Source of the DNA: Kudoa neothunni
Lineage: Eukaryota; Animalia; Cnidaria
DNA length: 64,000 nt
Assembly: GCA_964304625.1 (NCBI GenBank)
Contig: OZ199838.1
Span: 15,428,929 to 15,492,928 of the forward strand
Direction of reading: 5' to 3'
Position numbers and translations under genes: made by a program. Under the pieces are notes generated by a model. The model searched no databases and was not told the DNA's origin. It worked only from the letters and a program-made list of their open reading frames with translations. Every line of letters starts with the position of its first letter. Within the stretch, counting starts at the first letter, position 1. Positions 14,388 to 26,973 of the stretch are shown here, one piece after another.

Positions 14388-14625
14388 GGAGGTGGCTGTT
14401 GATGTTGATACTGAGATTATATCCAAATGTCATTAGTTTTGACTATATTTAATCATTTCTGGTCTCTCTGAGCAATAAAACTGGTCGCAAATAATTAAAT
14501 ATCGCAGATTCTAGAAAATTTAATTTGTATAAAGCTCCGAAGTAAAAGTAGCTTGGATTAAAAATTGTGACTGCGTAGCCGTACATGCCGTTTAGGATTA
14601 AAATTGATCATACCAGTCCAATATC
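14388..14625 (+). repeat. 236-bp TIR family, copy A (diverged)
   Basis: GGAGGTGGCTGTTGA...TATATCCAAATG..TAGTTTTGACTATATTTAATCATTTCTGGTC...GGATTAAAAATTG...GGATTAAAATT, collinear with the copies at 27352, 27980 and 34837. Confidence 0.7.
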
Positions 14626-16349
14626 GTCTGCCCATAAAGCATGCGTATTTGAACCAGAAAAGTTTCTTTAAAATCATAAGAATTAATGATATCGAAAAGT
14701 TTATAGTTACATCTATAATTACAAGAATAATGTACTGAATCATTGACCGATGAAATAATATTCTAATGAAATTGCAGAATTTAAAATATAAAAATTGTAG
14801 AAGTGTATTTTGTAATTACGTGATATTAAGAATTTGTTATTGAACCTCTGCTTGCATAAGCCTATAACGAACATTTTCTGGAGAAATCATGAAGAGAGCG
14901 ACCAAAATATGATTGTTGTACGTTAAATAGGTTTGAAGGAAGTAATGACTAAGTTTTCGAGGCATAGATAATAATTGTAAATTATTTGTTGCTAACTTCA
15001 ACTCTTGGTTTATGCTAAAGTATGTGATATTTGAAAAACACGCTCGTTCATGTGTTTTTTCTCGTTTTTACTATAACGATTGTTTATAATAAATCAAAAG
15101 AATATTGAATGAAAACATGGAACCCGAGAAGATGACTTCTTAATTTTGATCTAATTCGCATTCGGCTAAAGTCGGGCGTGCGTGTAATCTACATTATTTT
15201 GCAACAAAGTCCAAAAAACAATATATTGACTTATTTTAAGATTTTTAACCATTAATAAATTTTTTAAATGTTTTTGTACTGAATTTAACGCAACAAACCC
15301 TCAAAATGGACTTGTCTGGTATTGCGAAATAATATGCTATCTTTCTATATTTCCAAACATCATATTAACTTTCCTCAAATATAATGACATTTTTAAGTAT
15401 TGTTTTAGTTTATAAATATTTATTATTACTCTACCGTTAACCGGTAAAATTTTATACGATAATTACTTGCGAAAATGAAACCAAAAATAATTATACTAAT
15501 CGTACATTAATTTTTTTAGCTCCTAAACCGATAAAAAGCATTGGTTAAAAATATATTTCAGTATATATTCTAATGATATAAAGATAAGGAATTTGAGAAT
15601 TTTTATATAATAATAAATAGAACATTTACTTTTTGGAAATACAACCTTAATTATTGATGGATTTATAAAACAGATTTATTTGGGGGGATAATGATATTAC
15701 TTTAATAACATTGTACTTTTTAATTGTAACGAAATATTATATAATTTTTATTTTTCGGTCTTTTTACAACTGATTCGTTCGTTGCAACACATCTACGCTA
15801 ATAACTTGCACTAAAGTTTATGCAACATAATCTTATGCCCATTTTTTTAAAAATTCCCCAATTCAACAATTTTTAACAAATTTTAAATTAACCATTTCTG
15901 CGTGAATATTTCATTCCTTTGATTAGTAATTTCCTACATTTTGATATTGTCCTCGATGAAATTAGCAAATGTAATAGTTTAAAATATACTCATAAAATTG
16001 TAATTAATTAGATCTATTTTTATCTAAAATTTAGTATAAATACATTTTTATTCATATAAAATCATTATTTCGAGATATAAGTTCTAATTTTACATTTTCT
16101 AAAATTTATTATATTCTACGAAAATAATAACGCATTCATATAAGTAATGGTAAATATATTAATAGCTACAATAATATAGTATCATGATTTTTTGGAGATT
16201 ATGCAAATGTTAAAACTTTCTTTTTATAAAAGAGGGAAACCTTTTTCGAAAAAATACTCTGATAAATTAAGGATCGAAATCCCTTTTTGATAATTTTTGA
16301 AACCTTTTACAACGCTCTTCGTTGGTTTTTCATTAGAACCGTCTCTTTC

Positions 16350-16592
16350 ATTCCCAATGGTATAACTCTATATGCCTGTAGTCAGGAGAATCCAGGTTAC
16401 TGTAGGTCCTTCATTCATCACTGTAAATTGTTGGTTCTTTTCGAACCTCCTTTATGTGATCCGTATAAGTGTTTCACAATTTCTTTTTTTGATCAAAGAA
16501 AAAACGGATTTCTATGAGCTGCCTTTTCCCGTCATTGTAAATTTCGCAAAAGGTCCAAAAATCCAAGTTCCATCTATACGATCCCAATATCT
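16350..16592 (-). mobile_element. Merlin (IS1595/IS1016-like) transposase remnant
   Basis: Minus strand reads RIDGTWIFG...KRNCETLIRI*...IYSDE*RTYSNLDSPDYRHIELYH, matching Merlin GxWVFG...RxxxTL...IYSDEWxAY...GYxHxxVNH, with stops and frameshifts. Confidence 0.7.
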
Positions 16593-17367
16593 CTGCAAAT
16601 TATTATTTCTTCATTTTTAATTATCCCATAATTATATATGAAATAGAATCCTATGATTAATGAACAATTAAAAGTTTCATCTGACGATTCGACCTGGGAT
16701 GTAGAATATTTGTTACCGCTTATATCGTCATTTTCTATTGCATTTTAAATGTAATCAATAAACGGTAAAAAATATACTAATTTATAGTTATTATGGGTTA
16801 ATACTTTAAATTCCTTATTCCTGTATAACTTTCTACTTTTAACTATTTAACTCTGCCGGGTACTGACTGGGATATTTAAAGACTTCAAATTGACTATTTT
16901 GTTTTCTACATTGATGAATTTTTAGTTATTTACTTTGAAAATTCTCATGTCTCTATATTAAGTGCGTTTCTATGTGAAAATAAAATTTATCATTTATCGA
17001 CCAAAGATTTATGCATAAAATAAGACATAATTTTTCAAATTTACTTAATATTTGTTGTATTATTTTCTAAACCTCACATATTGATTATATATATATGATT
17101 CACTTTCATAAAAATCAAAATTTTTGATCCGAACAAAAATGCGAACCTTGAATAACAATATTTATTTTTGAATATGATCCACAATAGATTAACGATAATT
17201 AATCCAATTAATTATTCCATTTGCTTTCGCTTTCGCATATTGGAGTAACAAAATTTTTTAGAACGTTTTTGTTTTTCTTGGGTTTTAATATGAGTCATTT
17301 AAACAATTTAAATATTTAGAAAACTCCTTAATTGCTGGTATAAGAGTTGTAACCGAAGTCAACTAAT

Positions 17368-17444
17368 GGGCGATCAACAACACAGCGGTAAGGCGCCGCC
17401 GCCTTTTAAGCTATGGATCGCAGGTTCGAACCCGTCCGCGACCA
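17368..17444 (+). pseudogene. tRNA-like pseudogene or SINE head (Lys-TTT-like loop)
   Basis: A-box-like ACACAGCGGTAAG, loop CTTTTAA, B-box GGTTCGAACCC, 3' end ...CGCGACCA. Acceptor and anticodon stems do not pair properly. Confidence 0.5.
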
Positions 17445-18369
17445 CTCATTACATTTATTTGAAAATAAATACCATAATGAAGTATTATATGCTTTTTTGT
17501 TTCATAGAATATTAATTCACATGATAATAACACTAATCCTAAATTTTATTATATCACTGACTATTACCGAGGAAATGTCTACACACTAATGGATTTATTT
17601 GGAGTCTACTGGTTAAATGTTTATTCATCCTATTTGATGATGAAGTCCAACATTATTGATTGTTGAAGGAGTGTAAAATACACCATAGTGCTTTTAGTTT
17701 AACATTATATCAACAATGTTGCTGATAAGTAAATTCATGTAAATAGCTCCAGAAACAATAACCCGCTGTATATTTGCTATGGAATTGTTAAGCTATGTGT
17801 ATTGTTTACAATACATAAAACTGAGACAAATCGAATAAGTTTTAAGCGTATTTCGTCTAGGATCAAGAAATACCCCAGTCAAGCCCATGCATTTTCTCTC
17901 ATAGGTATCCTTACAATTATTTTTCTTTTTTAAGGTAAAAATGCCAAAATTTTAGTAATTCCAGCATGCTCTAATAGCATTTTTAAGAAATAATTTGTTA
18001 CCAAGCTATAAAATAACGTATCATACGAATTTATTAAATAAAAGAAACGTCGGCTTCTCCAAAACTTATAAATTCTATTATTTCAGCTAACGTTAGGAAA
18101 ACCTCAAATAATTAGAAGTTTTCATTGAAGATAATCTTACAAAGAAAAATAAGTATAAAATTTGTTACTTTTCAGTGCAAAGCGTATAACGATGGAGGTT
18201 GCATATAAGCTCGACTCTGGACGAAAACAATTCAGGTCAAAATTTAGAAATTTTATTTTGTCGGCTTAATCATTGCATTTAACATTGTTTTTGTTTGTTA
18301 TAAATAACTCTTTAATAAAATGAGAAAAATGCACCAAAACGTGTGTTTCTACAAGTCAAATACTTTAGA

Positions 18370-18603
18370 ATTATCAATTGGCACGACAAATTTTAATCCT
18401 TAGTGATATTCCCGCATGCGCACTGAGAATTTTTAATCTGAACAACTCCTCCTACTCACAAACTTTATACAAGTTTAAAACTTTAGAATATGGTATATTG
18501 AATAATTTCTGACACCATTCTTTGCTCTCAGGTCCCAAAATAATTAAATATAGTCAAATCTTGTGGCACCCGAATATTATTTATCACGCCAAAATCCACT
18601 TTC
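18370..18603 (-). repeat. 236-bp TIR family, copy B
   Basis: ATTGGCACG..TTTTAATCC...TTTTTAATC..CAACTCCT...GGTCCCAAAATAATTAAATATAGTCAAA...CCCGAATATTAT...CCACTTTC, collinear with copies D and E. Confidence 0.75.
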
Positions 18604-19039
18604 TTACCAATTACCTGTTTATCTCAAAAAATTAGCACTACTTGAACTAACTAAAGCAGCACAACGTAATAATTTCATGCCGGGAATGAGTACGCTATAA
18701 AGTTCACATCCAGTAAATTGTTTAGAATTACTTGGCGTTTCTATAGGGAAACAAATGAATTTCATAAACAAGTTTTATAAAATTTTACGACCGATGTGCT
18801 AAATTCCATATCTCTGAGGAGTAAAAACCGCATCTTCGTATAGGTGAAAATCCCAGCCATCATTGATATTAGTCGAATTTGTTAATGAACAACTTGTGTA
18901 AAAAAATGATAATGCACGTATGATTATATTCAAAGCAGGTATTGAGATTCAAATCTAATGAGAGGTTTATATGAATACACAGTTGCCCCATCACTGTTGT
19001 GTCAGGTGGACATGCGTATCAGTGAGCAAACGTTTATTT

Positions 19040-20430
19040 ATGTCTCACGGAGTTGACTCCACCGAAAACTCTCCGCTAGATAACATCGAATCTATAGGTT
19101 TTAATGTTTCTTTATATGAAATTATAATAAGTCCTTAGATGCGCAACGTACCCTTGATGTGCTAGAAGATTTTCCATCTGATACCATAGTAGCTAATAAG
19201 TGCCGAAATAGATTTTTATTGGATGGTTTAGAATTTGGAATTAGTTCATTATCGTTTAAAATGCATTACAGGCTTGGAAAAGTTCAAAAATTGCAAAGTA
19301 ACATTTAATATTTTGATTTTTATTTTTATTTCGGTTTCGATTTGATAACCAATTGTTTTACTGTGAGAATAATTGTTGATAGGAGATATGTTTCAGACAG
19401 AATTCAATTAGACAGATTGAGGAATCTTTCTTGTCTCGGCGGATCGTTAACATCGCTTGATTTTTATGATAATTTGTTGACAAAAATTGAAAATTTATCC
19501 GATTTAACGCTTTTAAAGTAACCTTTTATAATTTTCCTGTTTATAAACTTCTAATAAATTTATTTTAACAGATACTTGGACCTTTCTTTCAATAATATAA
19601 CCAACATTGAAAATCTCGAACAATTGATTAAGCTCACTTCACTTTACCTAGTCAATAACAATATCCATAAAATTTGCAATTTAAACACACTAACAAACTT
19701 AACCATTCTTGAATTGGGGTCAAATTTTTTACGAGTAACGTTTCGTGCTAATTTTATCTTTAACATAATCAATCTCATCATATATGAAATAAAGGAGATT
19801 GAAGGATTGGACACACTTGTCAATTTGGAGGAGCTTTATCTTGGAAAAAAATAAAATTAGGCAGATAAAAAATTTGGATTCTTTGAAAAAATTAAGAATT
19901 CTTGTTTTGTCTGTAATCGACTGACTTTTTCCTCAAATAAAAAACTGATCAAATTTTGACTTCATTTTAGAGCAATAGGTTGACTCATTTAGAAAATTTA
20001 TCTTCGCTTACTAATCTACAGGAACTGTATATTAGTTCAAATGGGATTAAAAAAATTGAGAACTTAGACTATAATGTGATTGATTTAATTGTAGTGGACT
20101 TTTTAATAATTTCTGTATAGACAAAACTTCAAGTATTAGATCTTTCATACAATTTTGTTACTTCCATTGAAAATATTGGTAAATTATCATCGTCTCTTGT
20201 GGAATTTTGGGTTAGTTGTGTTGTTTTTTTTAATCCGCTCATTTCTCATTTAGTTTAATGATAATAAAGTTTCAAACTGGGACGATCTGAACGTTTTCCA
20301 GCAATTTCCTCATCTCAGTACCATCTATTTGGAGCGAAATCCGTTGGCACATGACGTTGCCACTTATCGACGTCGTATAAAGTTGCTGTTACCTAATTTG
20401 AAACAGCTGGATGCCACTTGTCTATACTAG
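19040..20430 (+). CDS. PPP1R7: Protein phosphatase 1 regulatory subunit 7 (sds22), LRR protein. 9 exons; two apparent +1 frameshifts (19422 and 19845-19851)
   Basis: SDS22-type LRRs (ICFRQNSI, LDFYDNLLTKIENL, LDLSFNNITNIENL, LELGSN, LEELYLGKNKI). LRR cap TIYLERNPLAHDVATYRRRIKLLLPNLKQLDAT; stop TAG 20428-20430. Confidence 0.92.
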
Positions 20431-22635
20431 AATCTACTCCTTAAAATCACCGTTTGCCGATATACCGATAGATTTTCTAAATTAATTTTTGTTCAATTTT
20501 TTCTCTAAGGCGCTGTTTGAAGTTTTACACATGCCTAAATCAATCTTAATTTTAAATTTTCAAAGATTCAGGATATTTTTTGCTTGTTTATTTGAAAAAA
20601 TTTCAGGATGTATCAAACTTCTTTGATATAAAATTAATATAAAACATTATATTATATGTGTAATTATTAAAAAGTTTTGTTTAGTATTTTTCTAATGAAT
20701 TTATGATTGGCTCTACGGTTGGGTTTCAATACTGCGTAATTTAACTTTATTAATATCATGTGCTTTAATTCATTAAATAAAGCATGTAAAACATATTTAT
20801 TGCCTTAAATGGATAATTAAATTTTGAACGTGCGGATATCATACAAACTAGGAAAAATAAATGTGTCTCACTATCGTGTAATTCATTCTTTAATGTTAAT
20901 CTCTCTAATCTGTTTGGTGCACGATAGTAAGCATGGTATGATCTCAAAAAACTATAGAGAATAAAACAAAATAATTTATTACTGTAAACATTTTACATCT
21001 AAACCTGACGCCAAAGTTACGATTACGTAACATTTAGCTTTACCAAATTATTTTAATTTCGATATTGGTCGATAATTTAAAATAGGCTACTCCACTCTTG
21101 ATAAAATTTTGAAAAATATTAAAAACCCCAAAAACGTGAATATATTAAATTAACCTTTACAGTTCAATAGTTTCAATATGAGAAAAACCTATATCTGGTT
21201 TTGTTAATTATCAAAAAAAGCTTATATGATTGCTAATGGTATTCGAATACACGATTTTTTAGGAAAAAGGAGGTGGGTCAATAAGTATTAGTTTGATTTT
21301 CGTTAGATTTAAGAGATTTTCGTGCGTGAATTATGAGAAATAGAACAGAGTAAATTATTCCGATTAGGATACCTTTGTGTCTAATTTCATTGTACAAAGT
21401 GTAAATTTCGAGGGCCGAGGAAAATTTTTTAAACAATGAGGGTGATTATATGCTGAAATGAGGATTATTAAGGATTGGGATTTCATGATTCCAACGTTTT
21501 ATGGTTGTTACTAGTTTTTACAAACATTTTGATGGATAATACATCTCAGTAAATTAATTATATTAGGTAGAAACGCATGAAACATTAAACCAACCCAAAA
21601 TATTGAAGTAGATTATAAAATATGACGTAATATCTCACTTTATATTCAAAAACTAAATAATAAATGTTTGTTTTTAGATTTGACACCATTTTTATATTGT
21701 CGAGATAAATAAAAAATGCATTTGATTTACTAACATTCATAATTGATTTAACTTAAAATGCTTAAAAATTGTATATTTTGATTTGTAACGATTTCACTAT
21801 TTTAAAGTTAATTTTAATCACAAAATAATTATTTAAGATTTTTGTTTTTAGTTACTTAATAAATTAGACTAAAAATTTTCATGTTTGAATTTCGGAACAA
21901 ATATTGTTATAACATTTCCTTAATCATGAAAAAACTACAACAAAAATTTATAACCTAAAAAAACACATTATGGAATGCTATCATTAAGATAAAACATCTT
22001 CGTTCTAATTTTTCATAGAACAAATAAAAAAAAATCCGTGTTTAAAGTACAAAGTCACAAGATTGAACGTTTACAAACTTATTACCAACGGATACAAATA
22101 AAAAATAATTCAATGAACAATTAACAACTTCGAAATTGTTAAAATTATAGAGAAATAATAATTTGTTGATGTATTTATCAACAACATAGAGAATCCACGT
22201 GAATCCGAATATGCTCGACTTAAGATTCATTTCCAGTTTTTAGGTTAAATATTTTTGAGCTGAATTTAACTGCATAATGTAATAGTTTGTGATAAGAACA
22301 AAAATGATAAAACTTTTGAAAAAGAAGTGAATTAACAGGACGAATTGTAGGAAACGACTTTATTTCCGACTTTGTGTGTGACACCACCCGAAGTTCGTAC
22401 ACAAATAATGTAAAATACTGTAGTTTAGTTGATATTTTGAAAGAAATAAAATTTTTTATTCCAAAAAATAATGCACTGCTGAATTATGATAAGGATATTT
22501 CTCCTAACATTGATTACAAAAATCCAATGTGAACGAATCACACCATCCTATTAATACATTGACTTAATCTCATCGAACTGGGGGATAATTCCTATATCCT
22601 TGAAATCAACTCTCGACCATCGATTTTTTGAAGAA

Positions 22636-23118
22636 GGCCTGGACATTATGACATAGTGGTGTTAGGTCGAGATCGCACACCGTGAAGTTTCGAGTTCGAA
22701 GCCTAGTCCGGGCGTTCCTGTACTCCTAATCCGAAATTAAGTAAGAAGCTTGTAGTAATCGCATTGATCTACGATTTTATCGTGTCCTTGCTTGAAGCTG
22801 GGAGGGGAGCCTGACAGAAGGGTGGAATTCGGACGCTCATAAACTCATAAACGCCGGGGTACAGGAACGAAATACAACCCAGTAGGAGGTTTCCGTGGAG
22901 CCGACGCCCCAATTCAGACGACTTTCCTGGACTAATTCCGGGTTAGTGGTTGCTCTGAAACGAGATGTTTAGTGGGTTAAAGTCCCACACTACCGTATAA
23001 ACGTGTCGCCTTAATATGAGGTTGTGGTGCCTGCAGCGTAAATGTAGAAGGCCTAACCAGCCCCCAACTTCACAACCTAACAAGTTGAGCCAGGAGTTTG
23101 ACCTTGTAAACAAAAAAA
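22636..23118 (+). mobile_element. tRNA-headed, highly structured SINE-like element or Pol III ncRNA
   Basis: GC-rich island. A box TGACATAGTGG (22649), B box GAGTTCGAAGCC (22692), acceptor-like stem GCCTGGAC/GTCCGGGC, 14-bp long-range stem 22713-22726/22856-22869, further hairpins and an A-rich tail at ~23108-23118. Confidence 0.6.
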
Positions 23119-23580
23119 TTTAAAATCGGTTTAATTCTCTGTGAAAAGGTATGAAGTTTATAAATAAAGAAAATATATTTATGCGTTTGATGTCACCAAT
23201 ACCTGATAAATAGTTATTTGAGGAAGTTTCAAAACTAATTCATTAAATTTTAAAAGTTAAAAGAATGGCAATACCAAAATTCGGCGTTAATAAGCTGTTC
23301 TTCACCCAAAAGACTTCCGCCCTCAAACAAGGGAATACGAAACTAATACCATTCATATAACACCTCATATAGAAAGGATTTTTGTAATTTATTTTTTAAA
23401 TACATTTATTTCAATCAAAAATACATTAAATTTTTTTCTTCGGTATGATTTTAACAACTCCATTTGGTAGATTATGGTTCGTAAAGCGATTTATTGGTTT
23501 TGTGGTTATTAATAACATTAGAATCTATTTAAAGGTATCATTGTCGGAAAAATAAAGTTATTATAAGAATTTTGGTGAAT

Positions 23581-25447
23581 ATGGATGACCCAGATTTCGA
23601 TTTTGAGAAAGAATTGGAAATGTTGACTGAATCATTTACTCAGGCGATAGACAGCAAGGGTAGATAATTTACAATAAAACCTTGATTATCTTATAAAAAT
23701 AGAGGTAATAAACAACAAAGAGTGCAACGGTTGCAAGAAGAAAATAAACAGCCAATATGTTGAGGCTGAACATGGATATTATCACATGGAATGTTTTAGT
23801 TGTAAAAAATGTTCCAAACCCATTAACGAAGGTAAATACCTCAGAATGAAAGGAGGACTCACATGTGATACTTGCTATCAGGTAGAAAGTCCCTATATTA
23901 CAAAAATTCATCTTGTAATCGGTAGAAAATGATTAAAATATGTGTTCTTTGTTCCACACCAATAATGGATAAGGTGCTTAGTTGTTTAACGAAGAAGTTA
24001 ACGGCTTTCGATTAGATTATCACCTACGAAAATATGCATTACCATAGCAAATGTTTCATATGCGTAATCTGTAATCAAGAATTGGATGGAGTGTCATTTA
24101 ACACCGATGAAAATTCAAAAATAATATGTGTGGATTGCTATAGCAAGTATATAAAATTTAAATAATAATTAAAATATGATAAAATTTTATCCAATGAAAT
24201 TCATATAGAGAAAAACAATTAAAATGCAATGTTTGTAAGGAATTCATCCAGGCAAAAGTAAAATTAATTGTTTCCATTTCTATATTCATATTTTTTAAGG
24301 AAGATAAAATTGAGTGTGTGGATTTTGAAGGCGACAAATTCCATATAGAATGTTTCAAATGTGGCGTAAGTCCTCAAAAATTTGAATAGAAATGTTTCAA
24401 TGTATAATAACCTTCTGAATGTTGCGAAATCCTTATTAAGCTTCGAATTGAAACAATCAAGACAATTTAAATATTCATGTCAAATTACTCAAATAATTTT
24501 TATAATTAAAAAAAAATTAAATTAAAATATGTATGCCACATATATTTGTTTAAATAAAATTTGTTAATTAAGGTATAAATTAAGTACCTATCTTTTCTCG
24601 AAATTCTCAGGGTAGAAGAAAAAGGCAAATACTTTAAAATTAGAAAAAAATATTATTGCATATATTTTACGATATAATAATGTAATTATTACTTAGAAGT
24701 ATCCAAATTTATAAATAATTAGAAAATTCAAGAGATATTAATCCACTACGCAATACCGAGTAACGCGATATCGAGGCACGATTGTTTTTATTTATTGAAA
24801 AAATTGCCTAAATTTAACTTAGCATTTTAATGTTTTTCAAATTATTGGTATTTTTTGTATTGACATAGTTTTAAAATTTTTTTTACGAATGTAAATCAAT
24901 CTAATAAAATGACTTTATATAGAGAAAGCATTAATGTTGATTATTTATTTTAGTTTTTCATAGATGAATTAAATTTATTATATTATATTAAAAAATAATA
25001 TAAATTAATCTTGATAAAATATAACTAATTGTTAAATTCGATAAATTTTCATTTCTCAAAAATTTATTTATAACTAAAAATATTAATTTTCTAAGACTTA
25101 ACAACAACAAATTAAGAAGATACCGGATAACTATAAATTAATTGTCATTAGTATAAACTTAAAATAAAAAATTTTAACTGGTGTCCCACAACAATATTTA
25201 ATAAATTAAATATAAAGGGCTGGATCAAGTAGACATTAATCAAGTGATTGCTATAGTTTTTAATATAGCAATCAGAAGGTTAAAGCATGGTAGCGTTAAA
25301 ATATGTTACATTGCTATAGAAAATATGTGGTTGACATTGCGCATAACAACTTTATTTTAGGAATGTGGAAAAAAAGAAGATGAAAAATTAACATTGAAAT
25401 TAGATGGCAATAAATTGCTGTGTTTTGATTGCAGAAACAAAAACTAA
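23581..25447 (+). CDS. Zyxin/LPP/TRIP6-family triple-LIM protein with a very short N-terminus
   Basis: Spliced product MDDPDFDFEKELEMLTESF...CNGCKK..YHMECFSCKKC..CDTCYQ / CVLCSTPIMDKII..YHSKCFICVICNQELDGVSFNTDENSKIICVDC / CNVCKEFI..FHIECFKCGECG..LLCFDC. The last intron is 24366-25360 (995 nt). Confidence 0.85.
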
Positions 25448-25538
25448 ATCGTTATCCAATATCCATATGATACAAATGGTCAAGAATGTTCAATGATAGA
25501 AATTGGGAATTAGATTTGATAGATATATCGACTTTATT

Positions 25539-26973
25539 TTATTTTGTTTTATTGAAATTGTTTGATTTGCTCTTTTCTGTACACTCAGGGCAATACCTAC
25601 TCAACAATAATATAGTTTTCTTACATAATGTGAATCCAAATCGAAATAAACCATTTACCATACGCCCTCAGGAGCCACACTCAATCCAACACAACTGTAG
25701 TGAAACCATTGATAGGGGCACTATCAAAATTACATACCGATTAGAAAACATATCTAGTGAATGTGATACCTCATCGCTATCACAAGCAACCATACCACCA
25801 AACGACACCTATTAAATGAAGACGTGTGATTTGATTTCATCAGAATTTCAAGTAAATACTTGTTTACAGAAACAGTAGGTGGGTTCATTATCGTCTTTCA
25901 TACGGCCAACAACCCCTGGACCAGCCGTAGATTGAACATTGCTTGACATAGCAGTGTTATATTTTCCTCGTTTTTTCTTTCTAGATAGTTAAACTTAAAT
26001 CAAATCGCTTATAAAAATATTACATAATAGGTTTTGTATTGTTGTTGTTGATGATATTGGAGGCGACATTATTGTTTGAGGTGGTTGAAGAAATGGCCAC
26101 ATTGGAGGCAGTTTGTTGTTGATTGCGTTTTCGTTTATGACTTGAATTTGTTTGAGAATTGGCATTTGGATTAGAAGAGGGATTGGATGGTGAGTTATCA
26201 TCGCTATCATCTTCGATTAGATCAAGCGAAAAATTATCATCTTTATAAAACGTATAATCGACAATATTTTCAGTTTGGATGACTCTTGTTTTTGCTATAA
26301 AAATTAAATCATAGATAATTTATCTTTTTGATAAAAGCAGTTTGAATTACCGCGTCTTCCACGTCTAGTTAAAACAGAAGCACCTGACTCAGCTATCATC
26401 GAATTTCCATTCAATCCCAAAACTCACATATCAACTAAACTACCTTGTTTGTCTTTATTTTCTTTGATTTCTTCATTGGAAAATCCAATCTGAAGCAGCT
26501 TACTAGCTTCCAAGTTGAAATCGACTCTTTCTATTATTCCCGCATATGTGGATTTGAGCTAAATTTACAAAAACCCATAAATAAATTTTATTCTAAGGGA
26601 TTATATTTAAGAAATTTTGGAGAATTACAATATCAAGAATGTCACTGGATGGCTGTAAATGTTTGAATGAACATGTGTATAAATTTTCCAATATATCCGG
26701 AAGACATTGAGCATTCTCATAAGTTGGTGCTTCTAACATTTGTTTCAATTTTCTCATGTAAACTAATTTTTCGTCATTAGAAGGGAAAAAACAGTAGATT
26801 ACTCGACTGTGTTACTTCCAAGTCACGCATCGTTTGCACATGGACATTTAATTCCGCAGGCAAACCATGACAAACTAAATTATAAATTCAGAAAAATAAT
26901 AATATAACTAAATGATACTTTTCTCTAAAAAGATCAAATAACTAAGCAGCTTCTCTTCCGATATCCCTTCCAT
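25539..26973 (-). CDS. Inhibitor of growth (ING) family PHD-finger protein
   Basis: N-terminal YLIFLEKICHGLPAELNVHVQTMRDLE. The C-terminal PHD, assembled over three introns, reads [49 protein letters not shown]. Confidence 0.9.

Noticed and set aside
19845-19860. Genome-wide programmed frameshifting or a reassigned genetic code
   Set aside because: The 2590-codon dynein ORF and the other genes read cleanly in the standard code with TAA, TAG and TGA stops.
22800-22927. RNase P RNA: CCCAATTCAGACGACTTTCC resembles CR-V and GGGGAGCCTGA resembles CR-I
   Set aside because: The motifs are only ~100 nt apart, the P4 pairing has a mismatch, no CR-II to CR-IV is evident, and TTCAGA pairs better with the downstream TCTGAA. 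A cmscan run would settle it.
23050-23082. Telomerase-template-like CCTAACC / AACCTAAC within the structured element
   Set aside because: Neither forms a convincing 1.5-repeat template; too short to be significant.
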